NCBI GenBank assembly: GCA_965246715.1
Contig: CBDFFH010000034.1
Span: forward strand, 64,001-128,000
Length of the DNA stretch: 64,000 nucleotides
Direction: 5' to 3'
DNA from: Chamaesiphon sp.
GTDB taxonomy: Bacteria > Cyanobacteriota > Cyanobacteriia > Cyanobacteriales > Chamaesiphonaceae
Below the pieces are notes generated by a model. That model saw only the letters and a program-made list of their open reading frames with translations. It did not search any database and had not been told where the DNA came from. Of this stretch, positions 1-9,052 are shown one piece after another (the first letter of the stretch is position 1; each line of letters opens with the position of its first letter). The translations under genes were made by a program, and so were the position numbers.

Positions 1-39
1 TGACAACCCGAAATCGTCAACACTATCGAGGATCTTCTT

Positions 40-162
40 GTGAACGTTCAAATTATCTTACCGTTTCTCACCATTCCCTTCATCTTAGGTGCCCTATTTT
101 TCGGCACCCGCAATGGCTTTTATGACTCGGATAAGTATCATGGCAATGGCTCCGCTCACTAA
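40..162 (+). CDS. ndhP: NDH-1 small subunit NdhP (40 aa, not in ORF track)
   Basis: GTG start after GAGGA; translates VNVQIILPFLTIPFILGALFFGTRNGFYDSDKYHGNGSAH, a single TM helix plus the NdhP tail GFYDSDxYHGNGSAH. Confidence 0.85.
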   Translation: MNVQIILPFLTIPFILGALFFGTRNGFYDSDKYHGNGSAH

Positions 163-220
163 CTTGCGACCAACCGATCGACTAGACTGAGAGCGAGCCG
201 ATCGGGACTTATCCTGGATA

Positions 221-1846
221 TTGCCCTTGTCTACCTTATCCCACTCTAGTAATGAAGATCTCGTTTGCCTGCCATATGGAGTCGGTCATGGCAATGAGGG
301 AGTATGTCTACTCATCAAGATCGGCCCTTATCGGGTGTTGCTGGATTGTGGGTTGGTAGATATTTCACCATTAATTGGCGCAGGCGGTCTACCCGTGTGC
401 GATTTTGTGCTGTGTACCCATGCCCATGCCGATCATGCGCGGGGCTTATTAGATCTTCATCGCACCTTCCCCAAGCTACCCATCTACGCCAGCGAAGTTA
501 CCAACCTTCTGCTACCGCTAAATTGGTTGGATGAAGTGGATGAGGTACCCCAGTTCGGGCAAGCTCTACCGTGGCGACGCTCGATCGAGTTTCAAGATGG
601 CTTGACTGCCGAACTCTTTCCTGCTGGACATTTACCGGGTGCGGCGGCGATTCTGCTGACTTATACCGGATTTTATCAGTCTTATAGCGTCTTTTATACT
701 GGCGACTTCTTTCTCTCCAATTCGCGTCTGGTAGAAGGATTACACCTCGACTCGGTTCGCAATCTCCATCCAGATGTATTGATCGTTGAGGGGAGTTATG
801 GCACAGCGCGTCATCCCCATCGGCGCAATCAGGAAAATACCTTGATGGCGCGACTCGATCGAGCGATTACCGAACAGAGGTCGATTATCCTTCCCATCAC
901 AACCCTGGGTATCGCCCAAGAGTTGCTGGTTTTACTGCGGAGCCATCATTTATTTACTGGACGCGACATCGATATTTGGGTAGCTGGATCGATCGCCGCA
1001 GGCTGTGATATTTACTTACAATTGCTGCCGCACTTTCCGCCTGCCGTCCAAAATTTCGCACGGCATCAGTCCTTATTTTGGGATGAAAAAGTTCGTCCGC
1101 ACGTTCGCCCGCTGACACCCGAACAGTTACCGAAGATCCATCAGCGTCCCTGTATTATCATCACTGATGCTGACAGCGATCTCGAAGTTTATACCGAGGG
1201 ACATCCTTTTCCGTGGCTGGTACTCGTCCCCGCCCAATCCCACACTGACACGATCGCATTACCCGCAACAACCGACCGCATCACCGTCGATACCTACTTG
1301 CTCAGCGATCACTCCGATGGTGCTGGCACCGCTCAGTTGATTCATAATATTCGCCCCAAGCATATCGTCTTCGTTCATGGTTCACCGACATATCTCGCCG
1401 ATCTGACTGCTCTCGAAGAACTCCAAAACCGTTATCACCTGCATTCGCCAGCTACGGGGACGATCGTTTCGCTACCGATCGGGGATACTTTTATCCAGCC
1501 CGCACCGCCAGCAGATCCGCATTATGAAGGCGAACTCACCGAATTAGAACAAGCGATCGATATTACCTTACCTACTGCGCTCGCCAGCGACCCTCGGTGG
1601 CACAATTTCTCGGATACTGGCTTGGTTGAAGCTAGATGGCAAGGCGAAGAAATCGTCCTTAGAGGGATTTCTCAGCGCGAAATTCTCAATCGCCAGCAAG
1701 AACTAAATTTACCCCCAGAACTCGCATGTTGCGGCAATTGTCAGCATCAACGCGGTTCTCGCTGCTACAATCCGCGATCGCCCCTGAATGGGTTCAAGGT
1801 GACTCCAAATGGCTATTGTCCGGAATTTGAGTCCGAGCAACTTTAG
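221..1846 (+). CDS. MBL-fold/beta-CASP metallo-hydrolase (probable RNase) with C-terminal Cys cluster
   Basis: LLDCG, THAHADH, AGHLPGA, YTGDF, VEGSYG, SDHSD and VHGS motifs; C-terminal CxxC...C...C. Confidence 0.85.
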   Translation: MPLSTLSHSSNEDLVCLPYGVGHGNEGVCLLIKIGPYRVLLDCGLVDISPLIGAGGLPVCDFVLCTHAHADHARGLLDLHRTFPKLPIYASEVTNLLLPLNWLDEVDEVPQFGQALPWRRSIEFQDGLTAELFPAGHLPGAAAILLTYTGFYQSYSVFYTGDFFLSNSRLVEGLHLDSVRNLHPDVLIVEGSYGTARHPHRRNQENTLMARLDRAITEQRSIILPITTLGIAQELLVLLRSHHLFTGRDIDIWVAGSIAAGCDIYLQLLPHFPPAVQNFARHQSLFWDEKVRPHVRPLTPEQLPKIHQRPCIIITDADSDLEVYTEGHPFPWLVLVPAQSHTDTIALPATTDRITVDTYLLSDHSDGAGTAQLIHNIRPKHIVFVHGSPTYLADLTALEELQNRYHLHSPATGTIVSLPIGDTFIQPAPPADPHYEGELTELEQAIDITLPTALASDPRWHNFSDTGLVEARWQGEEIVLRGISQREILNRQQELNLPPELACCGNCQHQRGSRCYNPRSPLNGFKVTPNGYCPEFESEQL

Positions 1847-1883
1847 CTATCTATACTCGCGGCGGTTTGCGATTTGCGCTCCT

Positions 1884-1906
1884 CGGGTTCCCCGAGGGTT
1901 TAGCGA
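1884..1906. repeat. Dispersed 23-bp repeat CGGGTTCCCCGAGGGTTTAGCGA
   Basis: Identical copy at 31060-31082; both intergenic. Confidence 0.7.
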
Positions 1907-1949
1907 ATCAAGACACAATCGTTGGCAATTCTATAGGTAGCAACTTGGG

Positions 1950-2879
1950 TTATTCTAATAACTTTCCCGTAAGTTTGAGGAAGACATCTTCTAAATTAGC
2001 ACGGCGACGATCGAGTGTCGTTGGTGCTAGCGCAGCAAGGTTTTTAAAAAATAAATCGCTGTGATGCTGAGGAACGGCAATCAGATAATTACTGCCAAAC
2101 GGTAAATACCAAGTAGCTGACTCGGTAGTTAGTCGCTCTAGATCGTTTACAATGATGCCACTGACTTCGATAACTTCAGCGCCCACCGTTCTCGCGATAA
2201 TCTCGCTCGGATTGCCCTCATCGATCGGGCGACCTTGTTGGAGTAATAATAGACGATCGCACAGTCGTTGTGCCTCATCCATATAGTGCGTAGTAAGCAA
2301 TACCCCACAACCACTGTCTTTTAAGTCCCCCACCAATCGCCAAAAATCTTGTCGGGCATGAGGATCTAGTCCGGTCGTCGGTTCGTCGAGAAACACGATC
2401 GCGGGCTGATTGATTAAGGCTCTAGCTAAGACTAGCCGCCGCTTCAAGCCACCAGAAAGCTCGTCGATGCGACTTTTAGCTCGATCGGTCAATCCCACTC
2501 GATCGAGCAATTCTCCAGCTCTCACCCGTGCTGCATGTCCGGTAATCCGATAATGGTGGGCGAAATTAATTAGATTATCGATAACGGTAAAATCGGGATC
2601 GAGATTATCTTCTTGCGTAACGATGCCCATCAATTCGCGTGCTCTGCGGCCATCTTTTTGAACTTGATAATCACCGATTTGGACGAAGCCCCGTGTAGGA
2701 ATTACCGAACCATAAAGCATCCCAACGGTGGTGGATTTCCCCGCTCCATTGGCACCTAAAAAACCGAGAATTTCTCCAGGATGGATCTCAAATGATACGC
2801 CTTCGACGACCGATTGCTTGCCATAATATTTGGATAAATCTCGGGCGGACAGGGTAATATTTTTGGTTGCAGTATTCAT
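1950..2879 (-). CDS. ABC transporter ATP-binding protein (NodI/DrrA-like)
   Basis: GANGAGKST Walker A, LSGG signature, FLDEPTTGLD. Confidence 0.9.
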   Translation of the reverse strand: MNTATKNITLSARDLSKYYGKQSVVEGVSFEIHPGEILGFLGANGAGKSTTVGMLYGSVIPTRGFVQIGDYQVQKDGRRARELMGIVTQEDNLDPDFTVIDNLINFAHHYRITGHAARVRAGELLDRVGLTDRAKSRIDELSGGLKRRLVLARALINQPAIVFLDEPTTGLDPHARQDFWRLVGDLKDSGCGVLLTTHYMDEAQRLCDRLLLLQQGRPIDEGNPSEIIARTVGAEVIEVSGIIVNDLERLTTESATWYLPFGSNYLIAVPQHHSDLFFKNLAALAPTTLDRRRANLEDVFLKLTGKLLE

Positions 2880-2910
2880 CTAGATATTACCTGAATTTTT
2901 AGTTAGAGTT

Positions 2911-2959
2911 GGCGGTTGAAACCGCGCCTATACAAACAAAGTCCGCGTAGGCGGACTAA
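2911..2959. repeat. Half copy of a palindromic MITE-like repeat (AGTCCGCGTAGGCGGACT family)
   Basis: Hairpins GCGGTTGAAACCGC and AGTCCGCGTAGGCGGACT; related copies at 8062-8171, 8904-9002 and a remnant near 39695-39765. Confidence 0.7.
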
Positions 2960-3025
2960 AACAAATAAGTTTATTTTTAATTTAATTACGTAGGGATACC
3001 CTTAGATTGAGATCGATCGAGAGTC

Positions 3026-4468
3026 TTAGGATCGAGCGTTTTTCCAAGTGCCATGGAAACCCATCGGGATGACACTGGGCAAACCAAGTCGGCAGACTGG
3101 GGCATCGTTGAGTCGATCGCAATCGTAGATCCAGACTTCACTCCGATCGACTGCACCATCATAGATTACTGTAATAATCCAACCTTTGCTGTCATCATCT
3201 TTATCAACAACATGAATCGGTTCGGATGGATATAAATCCCGAGCGAGTTCTGCGATAGTTAAACTATTAGATTGTCGATCGAATCTACCGATCGTGCCGA
3301 CTAATTCTCGGTTGAGAATGCTACCAGACTTGTGAGCGGCTAGATATGTGTAGCGCCATTCTCGGCCCACATCGGTGGCTGGGACTAAGGGAAATTCACA
3401 ACTCCGATCGACCAATCGATCGCTACTAATTAAGTTAGCTGAAGTCGGATCGATTACTAATTGCCAAAGTTCGCCGATCGCTTCTGTTTTTGTTTCACCG
3501 GATGCAACTTCTCCAAAAAATTGATTGCTCGCAAAATCTTTGTATCTGACTAAATCGCAGACGATATTACCATCGGCATCGAGACAACCGTTACCAAAAT
3601 GCCATTGATACCAAGGCTCGACGATCGAGCTACTAACTAGGCTGAGATCTTCGCGATCGAACACTAAAATTTGAGTACCGAGTTCTGGCTTCCATTGCAT
3701 TGCTTCACTATAACTAGCCATTCCCAGCAAGACGGGTAATGGTTGAATTGCTACTGGTGGAATACAGAAAAGCAGATATTTACCAACCAATAAAAAATCG
3801 TGAACTAGCGGAATTCGCGGCAGTTTTGTCTGACTATAATTAACGATCTTACCGCTGCGATCGCTCTCATAAAGATTTAGCTTAGTTTGCGCGCCGATCG
3901 AAATACCAAAGTTATAAATACGACCAGAAATCGGATCGACTTTGGGATGTGCGGAATAAACTAATGGTGTAATCTGGGAGTCTAAATTATCCGTGCCGAT
4001 CGTTTCTAATGTTTCCAAATCTAAGGCGTGTGGAGCGCCACCTTCCCACAATGCTAATAATCGATCGGGCAAAGCCAGCACCGATGTATTTGCCGAATTC
4101 TTTACCGATTTACTGGCTCTCTCCCAAATCGGCACTGAGGGTTTCATCCCATAGTTACCATATAAATAGCGATCGGCTTCGCTTTCCGCTTGATAGCCCT
4201 CAGTCTGCACGTACCGATAGACCCCACTAGCAGCCCCGTCAGCAAACTTCACCGCTAAAATTGCTCCATCTCCATCGAACCAGTGTCCCACGCGCCGACC
4301 GCCACGCTCGAGCCGTCCTGGGCCATTTCGATAGAGAGTGCCGCGCAAGCCAGCCGGAATCGCTCCCGTAACGATAGATAGCGGGGTCAGCGGAAATTCC
4401 CGACCGGGATTAGCTAGCGCGCGATTCCAAGTAGGCTGGCTGGTTTGTGGTAGCGAGGTAGTAGTCAT
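3026..4468 (-). CDS. Carotenoid oxygenase (RPE65/CCD family)
   Basis: LYRNGPG, HWFDGDG, SAHPK, VHDF, EFP, EPI and FHGTW motifs. Confidence 0.9.
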   Translation of the reverse strand: MTTTSLPQTSQPTWNRALANPGREFPLTPLSIVTGAIPAGLRGTLYRNGPGRLERGGRRVGHWFDGDGAILAVKFADGAASGVYRYVQTEGYQAESEADRYLYGNYGMKPSVPIWERASKSVKNSANTSVLALPDRLLALWEGGAPHALDLETLETIGTDNLDSQITPLVYSAHPKVDPISGRIYNFGISIGAQTKLNLYESDRSGKIVNYSQTKLPRIPLVHDFLLVGKYLLFCIPPVAIQPLPVLLGMASYSEAMQWKPELGTQILVFDREDLSLVSSSIVEPWYQWHFGNGCLDADGNIVCDLVRYKDFASNQFFGEVASGETKTEAIGELWQLVIDPTSANLISSDRLVDRSCEFPLVPATDVGREWRYTYLAAHKSGSILNRELVGTIGRFDRQSNSLTIAELARDLYPSEPIHVVDKDDDSKGWIITVIYDGAVDRSEVWIYDCDRLNDAPVCRLGLPSVIPMGFHGTWKNARS

Positions 4469-4500
4469 TGGTGAATATTTGGTGAAGATTTTGGTTGAAT

Positions 4501-5844
4501 TTACTCGCCAGTTACAGATAGTCCCTCAACCCAAATGTGCGGACATACACCACCGTTAGTAAATTCTTCCTTCGGTTCGATATGCACGATCGAGTTTAAT
4601 AATTCGCGAAAATCACCAGCAACAGTTGCTGACTCCACGCTAGTTTTTACACCCTTATTTACCACCCAGCCATCGAAGGGCAGCGAGAAGGAACCTTGCA
4701 GTGATTGTACCCCAGCATGGAGAGCTTGGAGATCGTCAATGAGGATGACATTTTCCGCAGTATCGAGATTATAGTTCTCATCGGCTTTCTCGCCACCAGA
4801 CACATGGTAAAAATGCGGCGAAACAGTAATCTTCGACCCCATATTTGCATGTCCCGTGGGTTGAGTATTCATCCGCTTGGCAGTACCCGCACTATGAATA
4901 AACGAAGCTAAAACTCCTTTGTCAATTAGGTTGATACGGCGAGTCGGCGTACCTTCACCATCAAAAGTTTCGATCCCAATATTCTGCGGATGCAGCGCAT
5001 CATCAGCGACAGATAATAGTGGCGAAGCAATCTGCTCCCCCAAAGATTCGGGGGTCGATAAGCTCTGATTATCGAGGATACTTTGGGCATTAAAGAGATT
5101 GGAAAAAGCCCCGAGCAAACTCAAGAACGCATCTGGCGAAAACACGATCGTATATTTACCTGATGAAACCTTTTGATAGTCGAGATGACTGATAGTTTTC
5201 TCAGCGGCTTCGTCGATACATTTTTGGACGTTCAATTTGTCGAAGCTATGGCTGAGTTCAAATGCTCCAGCACTGCGGGGTTTTTTACCTTCTTGTTCGG
5301 TTTTGGTATAGAGATACAGCGAGGTATACGACCGACTATCGCTGCGTACCGCACCGTCACTATTTAGATAAAATTGGTCTACGGATTGCTGAGATAGTCC
5401 ATTATAAGGCACACTCTCGATCGCTTCATGTGTGGCTAACAACTTCTTCTCAGCATCAACCAAACTTTCAATTAATTGCGGTACCGTCGCAGGTTCGCCA
5501 GCTTCGATTTTTACTTCAGCGATCGGTGCAGTCGCCTCTGGGCTAAAATCAGGTGCGTGTTCTTTTATCCCAAAAAAGCTTGCTTCATAAGCAGTTTTCA
5601 GCGCGAGTTCCAAACCATTATCATCGACATCGGTAGTGCTGGTAATTCCGACAGTATTGTCAGTATTCCAGACACGTACAGTAATACCCGATCGATTGGA
5701 AGCCTTGACTTGCTTGGGTTCGCCCTTGTCGACCTGTACGCTGACACTATCGGTAGTCGAACCAGATAAATCGAATTTGGAGATGCCTAGTTTGGTGGCA
5801 ATTTGATGAGCGGAATCCGATACTTGTTGAATATTTAAAGACAT
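4501..5844 (-). CDS. pmbA: TldE/PmbA family protein
   Basis: FDGEGTPT, TGHA and G.FSL motifs; lacks HExxGH; near tldD. Confidence 0.85.
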   Translation of the reverse strand: MSLNIQQVSDSAHQIATKLGISKFDLSGSTTDSVSVQVDKGEPKQVKASNRSGITVRVWNTDNTVGITSTTDVDDNGLELALKTAYEASFFGIKEHAPDFSPEATAPIAEVKIEAGEPATVPQLIESLVDAEKKLLATHEAIESVPYNGLSQQSVDQFYLNSDGAVRSDSRSYTSLYLYTKTEQEGKKPRSAGAFELSHSFDKLNVQKCIDEAAEKTISHLDYQKVSSGKYTIVFSPDAFLSLLGAFSNLFNAQSILDNQSLSTPESLGEQIASPLLSVADDALHPQNIGIETFDGEGTPTRRINLIDKGVLASFIHSAGTAKRMNTQPTGHANMGSKITVSPHFYHVSGGEKADENYNLDTAENVILIDDLQALHAGVQSLQGSFSLPFDGWVVNKGVKTSVESATVAGDFRELLNSIVHIEPKEEFTNGGVCPHIWVEGLSVTGE

Positions 5845-5969
5845 TTTTACTGATAGCTAGATTAAGCTTTGTAGATATTGTGTAATGGAAATACTATTTC
5901 GAATGATTGGGAATCGATAGGTTTCAAGATGTAGATTAAAATACCTGTAAGTTAAATTCACACATACGT

Positions 5970-6320
5970 ATGCCAATTTGCTCTAACTGTCGTCAGGGTT
6001 TTGACTCTGGCCATACCTTCTGTCCAAGATGTGGGGTATCTGTTTACAATCGCGGTCGTTTTGGACTAGATATCATTAGTGTTGCACTCTGGACAATCTG
6101 TAGTATCCCACTCATCGGTATTATTTTTTCGATAATCTCAAATTCAGCAGATCCATTTTGGGTATCCCTATATATTGCATTAGCAAGTTTTCATATATGG
6201 AGTATTTTTTGGGCTTATGGAGATGCACAAGCGCGCGGCAAGTCTGGATGCGGAGTCGCTTTACTCGTCATACTTTTATCTTGGATTGGATTACTTATTT
6301 GGGTTATATTTCGACCTTAA
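5970..6320 (+). CDS. Small membrane protein with N-terminal zinc ribbon
   Basis: CSNC...FCPRCG followed by three hydrophobic segments and DAQARG. Confidence 0.65.
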   Translation: MPICSNCRQGFDSGHTFCPRCGVSVYNRGRFGLDIISVALWTICSIPLIGIIFSIISNSADPFWVSLYIALASFHIWSIFWAYGDAQARGKSGCGVALLVILLSWIGLLIWVIFRP

Positions 6321-6345
6321 AAGCAGTAGAGACAGAGACAGAATT

Positions 6346-6453
6346 CTGTAGGGTGGGCACTGCCCACAAAAGTTATCGACTCAATTCAAACAACTTTTAT
6401 TGTTATCTAAATTGCGATTGAAATTGATGCGGTGGGCAGTGCCCACCCTACAG
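6346..6453. repeat. REP doublet (REPIN-like), perfect 22-bp inverted repeat
   Basis: CTGTAGGGTGGGCACTGCCCAC (6346-6367) and its exact reverse complement (6432-6453); GTAG foot plus hairpin. Confidence 0.85.
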
Positions 6454-6457
6454 ATCT

Positions 6458-7942
6458 TTAACGTCCACCCACAGTAATCGAATCAACCTTAATATGCGGT
6501 TGCCCAACAGTCACATAAATACTGCCACTTACCGAACCGCAGAAACCAGCAGCCAAACCCAAATCCTCCGAACACATCGAAATCTTATTCATGATTTCCT
6601 TGGCTTCGCCGATGAGCGTCGCCCCTTTCAATGGCTTCGTAACTTTACCGTTTTCAATCAGATAAGCCTCATCCACCGAGAAATTGAATTGTCCGGTCGC
6701 ACCGACGCTACCGCCACCCATTTTCTTACAGTAAATACCCTTATCGATCGAACCAAATAACTCATCCAACTTATACTCCCCAGGAGCGATATAAGTATTC
6801 CGCATCCGACTCGCTGCTGCATAAGCATAACTGCTGCGTCGTCCGCTCCCCGTGCGCGGATGTCCCGTGCGGATCGAGCCAGCTCGATCGGCGATAAAAT
6901 TCTTGAGGATGCCATTTTCGATCAATAATGTCCGCTGGGCGGGCATGCCTTCATCGTCCATATCGATCGTGCCAAATGCATTACCCGACAAGCCTTCATC
7001 CCATGCTGTCAGACTTTCGTGGGCGATTTTCTCGCCTTTCATGTCGATAAAGGGGGTAGTGTTCTTCTCGATTTGGGTAGTTTCGAGCAAGTGTCCACAA
7101 GCCTCGTGAAAGATCACGCCGCCAAACTTATTTGCCATGATAATCGGATAAGTCCCCGATTCTACATAGTCAGCATAGAGCATTTTACCAGCCGACTCCG
7201 AGACATCTTCCGCAGTACTGCCATAATCCCAGCTAGTCAAAAATTTGGGATTGCTAGTATCGCCTACCCGTTGACCGATCGAGGAAATATTATCGCCATC
7301 GGCGCATAATAAGTTATAACCGACCGACTGCGTGAGGCGGATATCCCGCGCAAAGGTACCATCGCTAGCGGCGACTAAAACCTCTTGCCAATCGCGGAAA
7401 TAAGCCGCGCGCCGAGATTTGATATGCGTAGCCGTCTGTTTGAGCTTGCCATTTGCTGCGAGCAGGACTTCGCCCATCTCCTTCATCGAACTGCACTCGC
7501 CCAACCAGCGATCCTTGCCCTTTTTCGTCGCGTAATCTCGCAACAGTTCGAGATTGATTTCGGGGACGTAGGAATTGGGGGCGGGAATGTGCAATCCCAT
7601 AATGCCTAATGCTTTCTCTAACGTCGCTCTGAGTCCCAAGAACGAGAGATCGTTGGTGCTGACATAACAATCCGCCTTGCCTTTAAATACTCGTACTCCT
7701 GCACCTGTAGAAAGGCGCGGGGAAATACTCGTAATCTGGTCGTCTTCCGCCAGCGAGCTAATATAATTCGATCGCTCTAAGAAAAACTCGACAAAATCCG
7801 CACCAGCAGCCCGTCCCAAGCCCAATAATGTTGCCAGGGGTGCTTCCCAGGTTTCATCAAACCGATGGATGGTCGAGGTGTAACTCAGATTTGGTAATTG
7901 TCTAGAACGCAAAAATGATTTGGGATCGATCGAAAGAGTCAT
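6458..7942 (-). CDS. tldD: TldD family metalloprotease
   Basis: HEACGHLLE zinc motif, DDEG, RMRNTY, C-terminal GQPH...ITVGG. Confidence 0.9.
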   Translation of the reverse strand: MTLSIDPKSFLRSRQLPNLSYTSTIHRFDETWEAPLATLLGLGRAAGADFVEFFLERSNYISSLAEDDQITSISPRLSTGAGVRVFKGKADCYVSTNDLSFLGLRATLEKALGIMGLHIPAPNSYVPEINLELLRDYATKKGKDRWLGECSSMKEMGEVLLAANGKLKQTATHIKSRRAAYFRDWQEVLVAASDGTFARDIRLTQSVGYNLLCADGDNISSIGQRVGDTSNPKFLTSWDYGSTAEDVSESAGKMLYADYVESGTYPIIMANKFGGVIFHEACGHLLETTQIEKNTTPFIDMKGEKIAHESLTAWDEGLSGNAFGTIDMDDEGMPAQRTLLIENGILKNFIADRAGSIRTGHPRTGSGRRSSYAYAAASRMRNTYIAPGEYKLDELFGSIDKGIYCKKMGGGSVGATGQFNFSVDEAYLIENGKVTKPLKGATLIGEAKEIMNKISMCSEDLGLAAGFCGSVSGSIYVTVGQPHIKVDSITVGGR

Positions 7943-8061
7943 GAAGCCTTCTCCTGGGATGCTTAACTTATTGTAACAAGCAGAGCTAGATGTGGGTATT
8001 CGGTATCGAATTTATCCATCCTGTTGTTAGAGGTTGTCTGAAAAGTCAGATCTTTGGTAGC

Positions 8062-8171
8062 CTAGCGATTAAAATCGCGGCTACATGTGCAAAACCTGCC
8101 TACGCAGGTTAAAGAAACTTTTAGTCTGCGTAGGCAGACTTTGTATCACTAGCGGCGGTTTCAACCGCTAG
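8062..8171. mobile_element. MITE-like palindromic element
   Basis: Terminal CTAGCG...CGCTAG with internal hairpins AACCTGCCTACGCAGGTT and AGTCTGCGTAGGCAGACT. Confidence 0.7.
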
Positions 8172-8334
8172 CTACTTTTCAGCCAATTTCTAAAGGTGCT
8201 CCTCGATCGCCTCATCCTGAGAACCTGTGAACATCTGTGACAATTCCTATCGAATAGTTGAGAAACTTACCTTTATGCAACCAAAGATTTATCCTGATAA
8301 CTATATACAAGTAGTTTTGTTTTGGTAACAACCC

Positions 8335-8640
8335 ATGGACAAGCAGAAATATCGCATGAACTGCACCCTCACATTTAGTGATATTTACGGGCAGATCGTT
8401 ATCTGGTTAATGGTAATTTTTATCAGTCTGGCTTCTGCCTTGTCCTTGTGGAGTACTGCCCGCCAAATTTATGCGCTAGCAACGGTAGGTTTGATCTTAG
8501 TTTTATCACTACCATTCCTATTATTTGCGTTCGTGACTACACTACTCAATCATATTGAATTCGTGCCGCTAGCTGCTGATGAAACCACTAGTAGCAGCAC
8601 CAACACGCACAAGCACAGAGCCGAAGCGGCAACTGTCTGA
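8335..8640 (+). CDS. Cyanobacterial two-TM hypothetical protein
   Basis: 101-aa ORF, two TM segments, CTLTFSDIYGQII motif. Confidence 0.7.
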   Translation: MDKQKYRMNCTLTFSDIYGQIVIWLMVIFISLASALSLWSTARQIYALATVGLILVLSLPFLLFAFVTTLLNHIEFVPLAADETTSSSTNTHKHRAEAATV

Positions 8641-8848
8641 TCGCGATCGCAGTATCGATCGCAGCTACTTAGGCACCAAATCTAACACGACCAAATCGAG
8701 GATAGTTAACGATCGAGTTACTATCCTCTGTTTCGTTTGGTTACGATCGAGCCACACCTACGACCGATTGCCGACAATAATAATCGCCCCAACTTCTGCA
8801 AGAGGTTAGGACGATTATGTTCTTGGGTTGCGATTAATTTGTTTTAAC

Positions 8849-9052
8849 TATTTTTTAGGTGTGGGAAGGGTTAAGGATATTGGCTCCGCTTGGGCATCGC
8901 CTTCGATTGAAATCGAGGCTAGTGGCACAAAGTCCGCCTTCGCGGACTAAGATATATAGTCCGCGAAGGCGGACTTTGCATCATGAGCCGAGACTTCAGT
9001 CTCCAGGCTCCTCTTAACCCGAACTGACGTTATTTTTTAGGTGTGGGAAGGG
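8849..9052. mobile_element. MITE-like insertion flanked by a 22-bp direct repeat
   Basis: TATTTTTTAGGTGTGGGAAGGG at 8849-8870 and 9031-9052; internal AGTCCGCCTTCGCGGACT/AGTCCGCGAAGGCGGACT hairpins; end CTTAACCCGAACTGACGTT. Confidence 0.7.
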
